Assembly (NCBI GenBank): GCA_050952625.1
Contig: JBMNLH010000003.1
Coordinates: 32,001-96,000, forward strand
DNA length: 64,000 nucleotides
Source of the DNA: Bacillota bacterium
Lineage (GTDB): Bacteria; Bacillota; Ch66; Ch109
Direction: 5' to 3'
The notes under the pieces are model-generated. The model was not told where the DNA came from. It worked only from the letters and a program-made list of their open reading frames with translations, and did no database searches. A program made the position numbers and the translations under genes. Positions 49,660-58,831 of this stretch are shown here, piece after piece. Every line of letters begins with the position of its first letter. Within the stretch, counting starts at the first letter, position 1.

Positions 49660-50574
49660 CTACTTTATCAAGCCTTTTTGTCTTAAGAAGTCACGGGCGA
49701 CCTTTTCTGGACTTTCGTTCTGTTCGTCAACCAGGTAATTAAGCCCAACCATGGTTTCCACATCAATTTGCCCTTCCAGTTTAGCCAGTATTTCTTTTAA
49801 TTCCGGGTGCTTTTCCAGGACTTCAGTCCGGGCGACCAGTGCGCAGTCATAAGGCGGGAAGAATTTCAGATCATCTTCGAGAGTAACTAGATCAAAACTT
49901 TTAATCCGCGCATCCGTCGAATAGGCAACAACTATATCACATTTCTTGCTGGCGACTGCCTCATAAACCAGACCAATCTCCATGGGGAAAACCTGCTTAA
50001 ATTGAAGTCCGTACATTTCTTTCAGGGCCTCCAGCCCATCGCCGGTCCGATCTGCAAAAGAAGTGTCCGTTCCGATAATCATGTCCTTGGCGTGGGATTT
50101 TAAGTCGGAGATTGTTTTTAAGTTAAATTGTTCAGCTACGTCACGTCGGACCGTCAAAGCGTAAGTATTGTTAAAACCTAGAGGTTTGAACCAGGTCTGA
50201 CCAAACTGCTTGGCAAATTCGTCTTTAACCAGGTTATAGACCTGTTCCGGGTCCGTCATTCTTTCCTCAACTCGAAGGGCCCCGGTCAGCTCGGTACCGG
50301 TATAACGGGGAGAAATATCAATTTCTTTATTAACCATGGCCTGCTGGACAACCAGGGAGGAACTTAATTGCGGAGTATGGGTAACCTTTAGATCCGTTCC
50401 CTCCTCAATCAAAGCTTTAACCATTTCCCCCAAAATAATCGGTTCTGAGTAGGTTTGTGACCCAATCCGTACTTCATCTACGCTTTCTGTTTTGCCGCAA
50501 CCGCCAATCAACAGGGACACTAACAATAAAACTACTAAACAACTAACCAACCGCAGGTTTAAGAGCTTTTTCAA
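49660..50574 (-). CDS. opuCC: Osmoprotectant ABC substrate-binding lipoprotein (OpuCC-like)
   Basis: Lipobox GGC; YTGT, GFNNTYAL, YSTDARI, FFPPY. Confidence 0.88.
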   Translation of the reverse strand: MKKLLNLRLVSCLVVLLLVSLLIGGCGKTESVDEVRIGSQTYSEPIILGEMVKALIEEGTDLKVTHTPQLSSSLVVQQAMVNKEIDISPRYTGTELTGALRVEERMTDPEQVYNLVKDEFAKQFGQTWFKPLGFNNTYALTVRRDVAEQFNLKTISDLKSHAKDMIIGTDTSFADRTGDGLEALKEMYGLQFKQVFPMEIGLVYEAVASKKCDIVVAYSTDARIKSFDLVTLEDDLKFFPPYDCALVARTEVLEKHPELKEILAKLEGQIDVETMVGLNYLVDEQNESPEKVARDFLRQKGLIK

Positions 50575-50886
50575 TTAATAAACCTGGTTTCTGAAATCTC
50601 AATATATCTTAATTTATACAGAATAGTTCGGATATATTTAGATTTCCTCCCGCCGACCAACGGGAGGCAGCATCACCGGATTCAGCCGCTTAGCCACCAG
50701 CTTCCGCTGGTACTTCGGGCGGTTAAAACTGCCGCCCTATGCGTTCAGCCCGAGGGGGGTTGCCCGCCGCCTGTTTCAATCTATCCGCGTCCGACTTTCC
50801 TTGCGTGTTTTGCAACGCAGAAAAATTTATAACCGCAGCTCTTTTCAGCAATGCTGCTAAGTAACCAGGCTGGCACCACCTTTCTT
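50575..50886 (-). ncRNA. Long form of the split-RBS element: ~290-nt multi-hairpin RNA between SD and the opuCC start
   Basis: Same flanks as the purC leader; terminal stem AGCCTGGTT/AACCAGGTT; at least six internal hairpins. Confidence 0.6.
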
Positions 50887-50975
50887 ATTGTGTTTGAAAA
50901 TTATGGATTTGGAGACTGCTTCAACCTTGTTTTACCGTTATCATTTCAACTTTTTGCCAACGGTTAATTCCGGGT

Positions 50976-51620
50976 TTAATGCTTCGGCTGTCGCAAACCG
51001 CGGGGGATTAGCTTCATTTCAAGCCGGCCTAAGCAGAAGTCAGTTAGTAAAGCCAGAATTGCCGCAGGAATAGCTCCAGCCAAAACCATTTCCGGCCGGG
51101 ACATGGCTAAACCGCCCATGATTAACCTTCCGAAACCACCTCCTCCTACATAAGCCGCCAGGGTTGCCCAACCAATAATGATAACGGCAGACACCCGGAT
51201 TCCCGCCATTATCACCGGCAGGGCATTCGGGATCTCAACCAAAAACAGGAGCTGCCTTCGCGTCATTCCCATCCCGCCGCCGGCCTCGATCAAAAACGGG
51301 TCCACGCCATCAATGCCGGTGTAGGTATTGCGCAGAATGGGCAGAATGGCATAAATGAAGAGAGCGGCCAAGGCCGTTCCGTTACCTAAGCCGAAAAAAG
51401 GAATCATAAAGCCTAAAAGAGCCAAACCGGGGATAGTTTGCAGAAAATTAACCACTGAAAAAACCGGGCCGGCCAGTTTTTTGTTGCGGGTTAAATAAAT
51501 TCCCAGTGGAATGGCCACCATTAAACCCATTAAGGTGGCGAGCAAAGATAGCTCAAGGTGTTCAAATAAAGCGGTGATAATGCGATTCGGATTCTTAACC
51601 ATAAACTCCCACCAGGTCAA
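50976..51620 (-). CDS. Osmoprotectant ABC permease
   Basis: QTIPGLAL, LPILRNTY, EAGGGMGM (EAA loop). Confidence 0.9.
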   Translation of the reverse strand: MTWWEFMVKNPNRIITALFEHLELSLLATLMGLMVAIPLGIYLTRNKKLAGPVFSVVNFLQTIPGLALLGFMIPFFGLGNGTALAALFIYAILPILRNTYTGIDGVDPFLIEAGGGMGMTRRQLLFLVEIPNALPVIMAGIRVSAVIIIGWATLAAYVGGGGFGRLIMGGLAMSRPEMVLAGAIPAAILALLTDFCLGRLEMKLIPRGLRQPKH

Positions 51621-52288
51621 GCACTTATCCCCCTTTCCGCTTCAAAGGAAAAGGTAATATTTTTGTTTCGAGAAACAGATAGTTTTTCCAGTGTTCCCAT
51701 GAGGTAATCTATCGTGATCGCCAATATTGCCGCCGGGATTGCTCCAGCCATAATCGTGGCTGTATCCACTCGAGACAGTCCCAGAAAAATTAAACGCCCT
51801 AGACCTCCTCCGCCAATAAGGGCCGACAGAGTGGCCAGATTAACGGTCATTACCAGGGCGGTTCGCAAACCGGCTAACAATACTGGAAAAGATAGCGGGA
51901 GCTCAACCATAAACAAAAGCTGCCAGCCAGTCATGCCCATCCCTTTGGCTGCTTCCCGAATCGCTGGACTTACTCCGCTGATTCCAGAATAGGTATTCTT
52001 GATAATAGGCAGAAGAGCATACAAAACCAGTGCGGTGATCGCGGTATCCGACCCAATTCCTAAAACCGGCATGAAAAAGGCGAACATGGCCAGGCTGGGT
52101 ACGGTCTGCAAGATATTAGCTAAACCCAAAGTTATCCCGGTCAGCCAGGGCAGCCGAGAGATCAGGATACCCCCTGGAATTCCTAGGCCGGCAGCGATCA
52201 AGACCGCTATCGCCGTTAGGTATAGATGTTCGATGGTTTGATCGATTATTAGGTCCTTCATATTGAACATCTCTACGAAAATTTCCAC
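51617..52288 (-). CDS. Osmoprotectant ABC permease
   Basis: QTVPSLAM, EAAKGMGM. Confidence 0.9.
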   Translation of the reverse strand: MEIFVEMFNMKDLIIDQTIEHLYLTAIAVLIAAGLGIPGGILISRLPWLTGITLGLANILQTVPSLAMFAFFMPVLGIGSDTAITALVLYALLPIIKNTYSGISGVSPAIREAAKGMGMTGWQLLFMVELPLSFPVLLAGLRTALVMTVNLATLSALIGGGGLGRLIFLGLSRVDTATIMAGAIPAAILAITIDYLMGTLEKLSVSRNKNITFSFEAERGISA

Positions 52289-52299
52289 TGCCAGACCTC

Positions 52300-53412
52300 C
52301 TACAGCATCTCAGCAAAGGCCTTAACTAGACTACCCCGAGTAATCAGACCTTTAAGCCGGTCAGTCTCATCAATTACGGGCAGAAACGGAATAGTATTGT
52401 CACTCATCAGGTTGATGGCTTCCGAAGCCGGGGACCCATACTGGATGGTATGTTTAACTGGCTGCATAACATCTCCCAGGCGTTTAGTTTCATCCAGACC
52501 CTGAGTCTGAACATCCCCGAACCCGACGATGCCCAATAGCTGATGCTGTCGGTTAACGACTAGCAGGCGATCAACTTTATGCTTTTTCATTAATTGGATT
52601 GACTGGGCAAGTCCTCGTTCCGGATAAACAGTGACCGGCTCGGCTAACATAATGTCCTCAACTTTCAACAACCCCGGTTGGCGAAGGAACCAGCGATCCC
52701 CAATAAACTCTCGCACAAACCCTTCCTGCGGATGGCGGAGGATTTCCTCCGGTGAACCGATTTGCAGCACCCTTCCTTCCCGCATGACGACAATTTGATC
52801 TCCCAGCTTGATCGCCTCATCCATGTCGTGGGTAACAAAGACAACGGTCTTTTGTACCTGATTCTGAAGTTCGACCAGTTCGTCCTGCAATTGCTCCCGA
52901 ACCATCGGATCCAGGGAAGCGAAAGGTTCGTCCATTAAGATAACCGGTGGATCAGCCGCCAGAGCGCGGGCCACCCCGACTCGCTGCTGTTGCCCCCCAC
53001 TCAACTCATGTGGATACCGGTCGCGGTATTGCTCTGGAGCGAGTCCGACCATTTGTAAAAGTTCGTCTACTCTCTCTTTTATCCTAGGTAGTTTCCATTT
53101 CAGCAGACGAGGGACAAGGCCTACATTTTCCGCAATCGTCATGTTAGGCAATAGGCCTACCTGTTGAATGACATAGCCAATACTTCGACGGAGTTCAACT
53201 GGATTAAGTTTGCTGATTAAAGTATCGTTAAGATAAATTTCACCGCTGGTAGGATCAATTAGCCGGTTAATCATTTTCATGGTGGTGGTTTTACCACAAC
53301 CACTTGGGCCAATCAGTACTGTGATTTTGCTAGCACAAATATGCAAATTTAGATTATCCAGCACTTTAACGCGATTGGCGTAGGTTTTACAAACCTCTTT
53401 AAACAGGATCAT
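52300..53412 (-). CDS. opuCA: Osmoprotectant ABC ATPase with CBS pair (OpuCA-like)
   Basis: GPSGCGKTT, LSGGQQQR, MDEPF; C-terminal CBS domains. Confidence 0.88.
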   Translation of the reverse strand: MILFKEVCKTYANRVKVLDNLNLHICASKITVLIGPSGCGKTTTMKMINRLIDPTSGEIYLNDTLISKLNPVELRRSIGYVIQQVGLLPNMTIAENVGLVPRLLKWKLPRIKERVDELLQMVGLAPEQYRDRYPHELSGGQQQRVGVARALAADPPVILMDEPFASLDPMVREQLQDELVELQNQVQKTVVFVTHDMDEAIKLGDQIVVMREGRVLQIGSPEEILRHPQEGFVREFIGDRWFLRQPGLLKVEDIMLAEPVTVYPERGLAQSIQLMKKHKVDRLLVVNRQHQLLGIVGFGDVQTQGLDETKRLGDVMQPVKHTIQYGSPASEAINLMSDNTIPFLPVIDETDRLKGLITRGSLVKAFAEML

Positions 53413-53887
53413 CTATCTATATCCCCCTTTGATCAGAGCGGGTTTTTCAATTAAGAAAATAACTAAAGTTTGTGCTCTGTTGCGAATAGTCAATGCTAAC
53501 CTTCGTAAAAAAGCGACGGCAAGCAATTATCATGTTCTGATGTTGCCGCTTAGCGACATCAGGTTCTTTGCATTGAACTTGACATGTAAAGTCAGATGTT
53601 AAAGGCAAAGCCATATCTATATTTAGAAATTATTATTAAATAACCAGTAAATTTAAGTGAAATATTTCTTTAGTAATTTTATTATACAACTATGGGACTA
53701 TCTGGTCAACGACTCACCCGATGGATAAAAGTTGCAGGTTGTTGATTCTAAAGATGTAAAAATGACCTTATATTTATGTTTATTGCTATGTTTTGATTGC
53801 AAATAGGTTAATGCCTAACAAAGCCTATAAAACTAACATTAAGATTTAAATATTCTTGATTAAAATGATAGTAATAGTAAAATAGGG

Positions 53888-54196
53888 ATGTTGAAAACGG
53901 CGGGCTATTGGATTGGAGTGAGGAAGTCGAAACAACCACTGATTATGATCCTGCTTATCCTGAATATAATTTCCCTACTTGTGGTCGGTTACGACAAAAG
54001 AATGGCCAGGACCGGCAGTTGGCGAGTAGCCGAAAGTACTTTGCTGACTTTGGGCTTGATTGGCGGTGCCTTAGGGATTTACCTTGGTATGCATATTTTT
54101 CACCATAAAACCCGTCACCTGAAGTTTATTTATGGGATTCCCTTTTGTTTGATCGCCAATGTTGCGACATACTATTTCTTATTTACAAAACTCTAA
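53888..54196 (+). CDS. DUF1294 membrane protein
   Basis: YDKRMA..WRVAESTL..GGALG..HKTR; true start may be downstream. Confidence 0.85.
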   Translation: MLKTAGYWIGVRKSKQPLIMILLILNIISLLVVGYDKRMARTGSWRVAESTLLTLGLIGGALGIYLGMHIFHHKTRHLKFIYGIPFCLIANVATYYFLFTKL

Positions 54197-54290
54197 TACT
54201 TCTCGCTCATTGTTTTTATCATTTTCGCTTTTCAAAGCGTTTTAAGCCTGTTATACTTATATTAAGATAATATTAAGCTGGAGGTGCCAG

Positions 54291-54467
54291 ATGGAAACTA
54301 AGGATGTAGTCTTGAAAACACTAAGCGAATCCGAACAGCCTCTAAAAACCGGAGAAATTGCCCAACTGGCGGGACTTGAGAGCAAAGAGGTCGAAAAAGC
54401 AATTAAAGTCTTAAAAAAAGAAGGTAAAATTACCTCTCCCAAAAGGTGTTATTATTCCACCACCTAG
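54291..54467 (+). CDS. 58-aa winged-helix protein
   Basis: Below the ORF-track cutoff: METKDVVLKTLSESEQPLKTGEIAQLAGLESKEVEKAIKVLKKEGKITSPKRCYYSTT; GGAGGTG SD. Confidence 0.85.
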   Translation: METKDVVLKTLSESEQPLKTGEIAQLAGLESKEVEKAIKVLKKEGKITSPKRCYYSTT

Positions 54468-54484
54468 TTAAATCGAGCCGGATG

Positions 54485-54889
54485 CTAATCTACATCCGGC
54501 TGCTTATGTTTAAGCATAGCCTGGAGCTGGCGCTCGATGGCGTTATTAAAAGGTTTTTTCGGCTGATTTTTGGGCGGTTGAGTATTCTCGGTTAGGACCT
54601 GCTTGACCAGTCGGTTTACTTCTTGGGGGATGTTCGCCTCCTGTGAGCTTATTACATACTCCATCAGGCCCATTTCCGCAATGTATTTAGAGCGGACCGA
54701 ATCTTTATGCAGCCGGTCTTTGGTAACATGGTGGGGCCCTCGCACATCAATGCAAACCTTTAAACGGGGCAAATAAATATCCAATAAATAAGGACCAAAC
54801 TTTTTCTGGTAGACCACCTTTTCTCCTTTCGCCTCAAAGGCGGCCCCGATCTTTCTTTCACTGGCCGACTGCCATTTATGCTCACTCAC
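54485..54889 (-). CDS. DUF559/Vsr-like endonuclease-fold protein
   Basis: SASE..Q..GPYLLD..IDVRGPHH..D..R pattern. Confidence 0.65.
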   Translation of the reverse strand: MSEHKWQSASERKIGAAFEAKGEKVVYQKKFGPYLLDIYLPRLKVCIDVRGPHHVTKDRLHKDSVRSKYIAEMGLMEYVISSQEANIPQEVNRLVKQVLTENTQPPKNQPKKPFNNAIERQLQAMLKHKQPDVD

Positions 54890-54917
54890 GATTTACCCCC
54901 CTCTCCAACCCTCTTGT

Positions 54918-55036
54918 TTATTTAGGTCCAAAAGACCCCTACTTCTATAAGTGGGGGTAAGCTTATTCAAGCTTCAGCTGGAGTAGCGTAGCGTCTCCTT
55001 CTGCAGTCCGATGTTTAGCAAAACGGACGAATTCAC
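54918..55036 (+). mobile_element. 115-bp three-hairpin element
   Basis: ttatttagg..agacccctacttctataagtggggg..cttcagctggag..gaattcac. Confidence 0.78.
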
Positions 55037-55401
55037 TCAACCACCTCAAACCAGACAGGCGTGGCATCAGCTGGTGCGCCATTATAATTAACGGTTATTT
55101 CTTCTCCTTCTTCAATCTCTCGTAAAGCGACGAAATCAATGGCTAACTCTCTAAGATTTTGGACATACCGGGCATTGGGCTGAAAAGAGTGATTATATAG
55201 GGAGCCATATCCTAAAGCCAAGGCTCCTTGTTTTTCCGCCCAACGGAAACAATAATCGCTCAGCACTGTCTTTTCAACAAAATTCCATTCTTCCGGGGTA
55301 AGGACGATTACTGGGGCTCGTTCAATTAATTCCCCTTTGCCAATTTTATGTTGGGCAAATACTCCCCGGCCTTTGTTCGAACAAAAACCTACGCGAATCA
55401 C
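55033..55401 (-). CDS. SET-domain protein
   Basis: KGRGVFA, YNHSFQPN, GEEITVNY. Confidence 0.92.
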   Translation of the reverse strand: MIRVGFCSNKGRGVFAQHKIGKGELIERAPVIVLTPEEWNFVEKTVLSDYCFRWAEKQGALALGYGSLYNHSFQPNARYVQNLRELAIDFVALREIEEGEEITVNYNGAPADATPVWFEVVE

Positions 55402-55419
55402 GGTTAATCCCTTCTTACT

Positions 55420-56031
55420 CTACTCCGAAAGCTGCCACCCATATTCGCCTCGAAACTCAACGAAACGGACATCGCCGAGAGATTCTTTTTTTATCAGGCC
55501 ACTCTCATCTTTGGTAATCAGCATAAGCTCCTGGCTTTGAGACGGGCCGACGGGGACAATCATCCTGCCGCCGGGTTTTAGCTGTTGGATAAGTTTTGTT
55601 GGCAGTTTCCCGGCTGCGGCAGTCACAATAATTCGATCGTATGGGGCAAATTCTGCCCAACCTTCGCTGCCATCACCAACTTTAAAACTGATATTATCAT
55701 AGCCCATATTTTCAAGTTGCGCTCTGCTATTATCTGCTAGTTCTTTAATTCTTTCCACTGTATAAACATGCTGACAGAATTGGGCCAGCAACGCTGTTTG
55801 ATAACCGGAACCAGTGCCAATTTCGAGCACCCGGCATTTTTCGTGAAGATTAAGTTCTTGAGTCATTGCCAAAACCAGGCTGGGTTGAGAGATGGTCTGT
55901 CCATGCCCGATAGGCAGAGGCCGGTCATATTGCGCCAATTCTTTCAGGTTATTATCCGCGATAAATTTACTGCGATCAAGTGTTTTAAAAAAAGCCCAAA
56001 TTTGCTCCCTAGTTACCGGCTTATCTGACAT
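55420..56031 (-). CDS. pcm: Protein-L-isoaspartate O-methyltransferase
   Basis: GQTISQP, VLEIGTGSGY, GDGSEG, APYDRI. Confidence 0.93.
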   Translation of the reverse strand: MSDKPVTREQIWAFFKTLDRSKFIADNNLKELAQYDRPLPIGHGQTISQPSLVLAMTQELNLHEKCRVLEIGTGSGYQTALLAQFCQHVYTVERIKELADNSRAQLENMGYDNISFKVGDGSEGWAEFAPYDRIIVTAAAGKLPTKLIQQLKPGGRMIVPVGPSQSQELMLITKDESGLIKKESLGDVRFVEFRGEYGWQLSE

Positions 56032-56144
56032 ATAGAAAAAGCACCTCCGCAGAAGGCTTAATAAAGCAATCGTCTGATTTCAGCTTAACCGAAATAGAAA
56101 ATTTTAAAATTAAATCCAATATTCATGCCTCTAACTTTTTCTTA

Positions 56145-56927
56145 TTATTCCCCAGAGCTACTCTCCAAAGACTTCCCTAAATAAGCCTCGATCACGGCTG
56201 GATTTCGCTGAATTTCAGCTGGCGTGCCACTGGCTATCTTGCGACCATAGTCTAGAACGTCAATGTGGTCCGACAAGTTCATGACAAAATTCATATCGTG
56301 TTCAACTAACATTACCGTGATCCCCAGGTCCCGTATTCGCCGCACGGTTTCCAGCAAGGTTTGTTTTTCGGTAGAATTCATCCCGGCCGCTGGTTCGTCC
56401 AATAAAAGTAATTGGGGCTCAGCAGCCAAGGCCCGCGCAATTTCCAGACGACGCTGATCGCCATAGGATAGATTCCGGGCTAATTCCGCTTCATGGCTAG
56501 TCAAATCAACCAAGGCTAGTGCCTCCCGCGCCTTTTCTGTAATACTTCGTTCCTCTTTTTTCACCCAGGGCAGCCGGGAAAGAGCCCCGAACAGCCCGGC
56601 CCGACTTTTACAGTGCCGACCTATTTTAACATTATCCAGGACCGATAACTCGCCAAAAAGACGAATATTCTGGAAGGTGCGCGCAATCCCTCGGGCGGTA
56701 ATCTGATGGGTTTTTTTGCGGGTGATATCTTGACCCTGAAACCAGATGCGTCCAACATTGGGTGGATAGATTCCGGTAATTACGTTAAAAATAGTACTTT
56801 TTCCGGCCCCGTTAGGGCCAATCAGCGCGTTGATTTGCCCCTCTTCTATTTTTAAGCTGACTCCGTTGACGGCAGTCAGTCCACCAAAATAGACGGTTAG
56901 ATTCTCCAATTCTAACAACGTCGGCAT
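56145..56927 (-). CDS. livG: Branched-chain amino acid ABC ATPase
   Basis: GPNGAGKST, RTFQNIRLF, LSYG, DEPAAG, EHDM. Confidence 0.9.
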   Translation of the reverse strand: MPTLLELENLTVYFGGLTAVNGVSLKIEEGQINALIGPNGAGKSTIFNVITGIYPPNVGRIWFQGQDITRKKTHQITARGIARTFQNIRLFGELSVLDNVKIGRHCKSRAGLFGALSRLPWVKKEERSITEKAREALALVDLTSHEAELARNLSYGDQRRLEIARALAAEPQLLLLDEPAAGMNSTEKQTLLETVRRIRDLGITVMLVEHDMNFVMNLSDHIDVLDYGRKIASGTPAEIQRNPAVIEAYLGKSLESSSGE

Positions 56928-56945
56928 ACTTCCACCTCGATCAGT

Positions 56946-57839
56946 TTAGCCTACGGCGGCGGTTTTGTCGCGCCAACGATGGCATAAAGTTTTCCAGACC
57001 CGATAAAGATCGACTCCGCCCAGCAGACCGCGGGGTCGGAATGTCATCATTAGCACCATCAGAGCACCATAAATCAGCATGCGGTACTCCTGAACAAAAC
57101 GCAGGAACTCCGGTGCCAGACTGAGAACCGCGGTTCCGAGGATTGTCCCGGGGATGCTCCCTAATCCGCCGATCACCACAAAGTTTAGAATATCAAACGA
57201 CCGGGAAAAACCAAAATCACTTGGACTGATGTACTGCATCAGATGAGCATAAAGGGCCCCGCTGATCCCCGCAAAAAAAGTGCCAATCGCAAAGGCTTTT
57301 ACTTTATAAAACAAGGTATCGATGCCCATCGCTTCAGCGGCAATTTCATCTTCCCGGATAGCGACCAAAGCTCGACCAAAACGGGAATTCTTAATAAAAT
57401 ACAAACTGCAGATTGATAAAGCAACCAATATATAAATTAAGATAATATTACTTTCTCGGGGAATCCCGGCTAGACCATGCGCCCCGCCGGTTATTTTGGT
57501 ATTAATAAATACCACTCGCACAATTTCTCCAAAACCCAGGGTAGTAATCCCCAAATAATCGCCAGTTAGACGCATCGAGGGAAAACCCAATAAAATGCCA
57601 AAAATGGCAGCCATCACCCCGCCGATCAACAGGTTTAGAATGAAAGGGGTCGACCAATGCAGGGTCATTAGGGTTGAAGTATAAGCCCCGATGCTCATGA
57701 AGGCGGCATGCCCAAAAGAGAATTGCCCGGTAAAACCGGTGATTAGGTTTAAGCCTAGGGCCGCAATCAGATAAACACCGGTGATGCTGAGCACCTGGAT
57801 ATAGTAGGGATTAGTAAAAAAATCCAATAGACCTTCCAT
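56946..57839 (-). CDS. livM: Branched-chain amino acid ABC permease
   Basis: GQFSFGH, GDYLGITTLGFGE, REDEIAAEAMG. Confidence 0.9.
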   Translation of the reverse strand: MEGLLDFFTNPYYIQVLSITGVYLIAALGLNLITGFTGQFSFGHAAFMSIGAYTSTLMTLHWSTPFILNLLIGGVMAAIFGILLGFPSMRLTGDYLGITTLGFGEIVRVVFINTKITGGAHGLAGIPRESNIILIYILVALSICSLYFIKNSRFGRALVAIREDEIAAEAMGIDTLFYKVKAFAIGTFFAGISGALYAHLMQYISPSDFGFSRSFDILNFVVIGGLGSIPGTILGTAVLSLAPEFLRFVQEYRMLIYGALMVLMMTFRPRGLLGGVDLYRVWKTLCHRWRDKTAAVG

Positions 57840-57844
57840 TAATC

Positions 57845-58744
57845 TTACACCTTCCTCTGCACGGGACGTCCCAACAGGCCAGTTGGCCTAAAGAGCAATA
57901 CCAGGATCAACAAAGCAAAAGCAATCGCGTCCCGATAAGTGCCAAAGCCAATGGCGACCCCCGCTACTTCAGCTAGCCCCAGAAAGATCCCGCCCAGCAT
58001 GGCCCCGGGAATACTGCCGATCCCCCCCAATATCGCGGCACAAAAACATTTCAACCCGACGGATACCCCCATAAAAGGATTAACCGAACCGAAATACATC
58101 CCCACCAGCACTCCACCGGCTCCGGCCAAGGCTGCCCCCAGGGAAAAAGTAAAGGAGATGGTCCGGTTGACATTGATCCCCATCAAGGTAGCTGTTTCGT
58201 AATCCTGAGAAGTGGCGCGCATCGCCCGCCCGATTCGGGTATACTTAACGATCAAGTTTAAAGCAACCATCAGGAAACTGGCTACGAGCAAAATGATTAC
58301 CTGAACCAGAGAAAATTTAACCGGTCCTAATAGATAAACGGTATCCGGAATAATTGTCGGAAAGCCCTTGGGATTAGGACCCGCGATCAACGTAATTAAG
58401 GTCTGTAAAAAAATCGATACCCCGATAGCGGAGATTAGCGGGGCGAGCCGAGTAGAATTCCGCAATGGCCGGTATGCTACCCTTTCAATGATCGCCGCCA
58501 GCGGCATACAGACCAGGACCGCGACCAGCAGGGCCACAAAAAAATTCGCCTCATAAACCGTAACCATGATCAGCCCGGCGAAAGCCCCAATCATATACAC
58601 TTCTCCGTGGGCAAAATTAATCAATTGAATAATGCCGTAAACCATAGTGTAACCGAGAGCAATCAGCGCATAGGTTGCTCCTAGCGTTAATCCGTTCACC
58701 GTTTGTTGCGCCACTTGCTGACCCAGTGCCGATAAAAATTCCAT
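57845..58744 (-). CDS. livH: Branched-chain amino acid ABC permease
   Basis: YALIALGYTMVYGI..INFAHGE, RPTGL. Confidence 0.92.
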   Translation of the reverse strand: MEFLSALGQQVAQQTVNGLTLGATYALIALGYTMVYGIIQLINFAHGEVYMIGAFAGLIMVTVYEANFFVALLVAVLVCMPLAAIIERVAYRPLRNSTRLAPLISAIGVSIFLQTLITLIAGPNPKGFPTIIPDTVYLLGPVKFSLVQVIILLVASFLMVALNLIVKYTRIGRAMRATSQDYETATLMGINVNRTISFTFSLGAALAGAGGVLVGMYFGSVNPFMGVSVGLKCFCAAILGGIGSIPGAMLGGIFLGLAEVAGVAIGFGTYRDAIAFALLILVLLFRPTGLLGRPVQRKV

Positions 58745-58831
58745 AATTGTTAATTGACCTCCGAAAAATAGTAACGGCAGCCATTACCTAACCCGGCAAC
58801 AACTGCCGCGCTATTTTTTATTACTCTGAAT

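Noticed and set aside
50780-50878. 32-codon GTG ORF inside the opuCC insert as a leader peptide
   Set aside because: Its GTG lies within the SD itself with no usable SD upstream, and the purC equivalent stops after four codons.
53413-53887. c-di-AMP or c-di-GMP riboswitch upstream of opuCA
   Set aside because: Only a single hairpin (ctgatgttgc..gcgacatcag) is visible; the conserved aptamer motifs are not found in order.
54257-54442. Minus-strand 61-aa ORF
   Set aside because: Shadow of the plus-strand 58-aa winged-helix gene, which has a clear SD.
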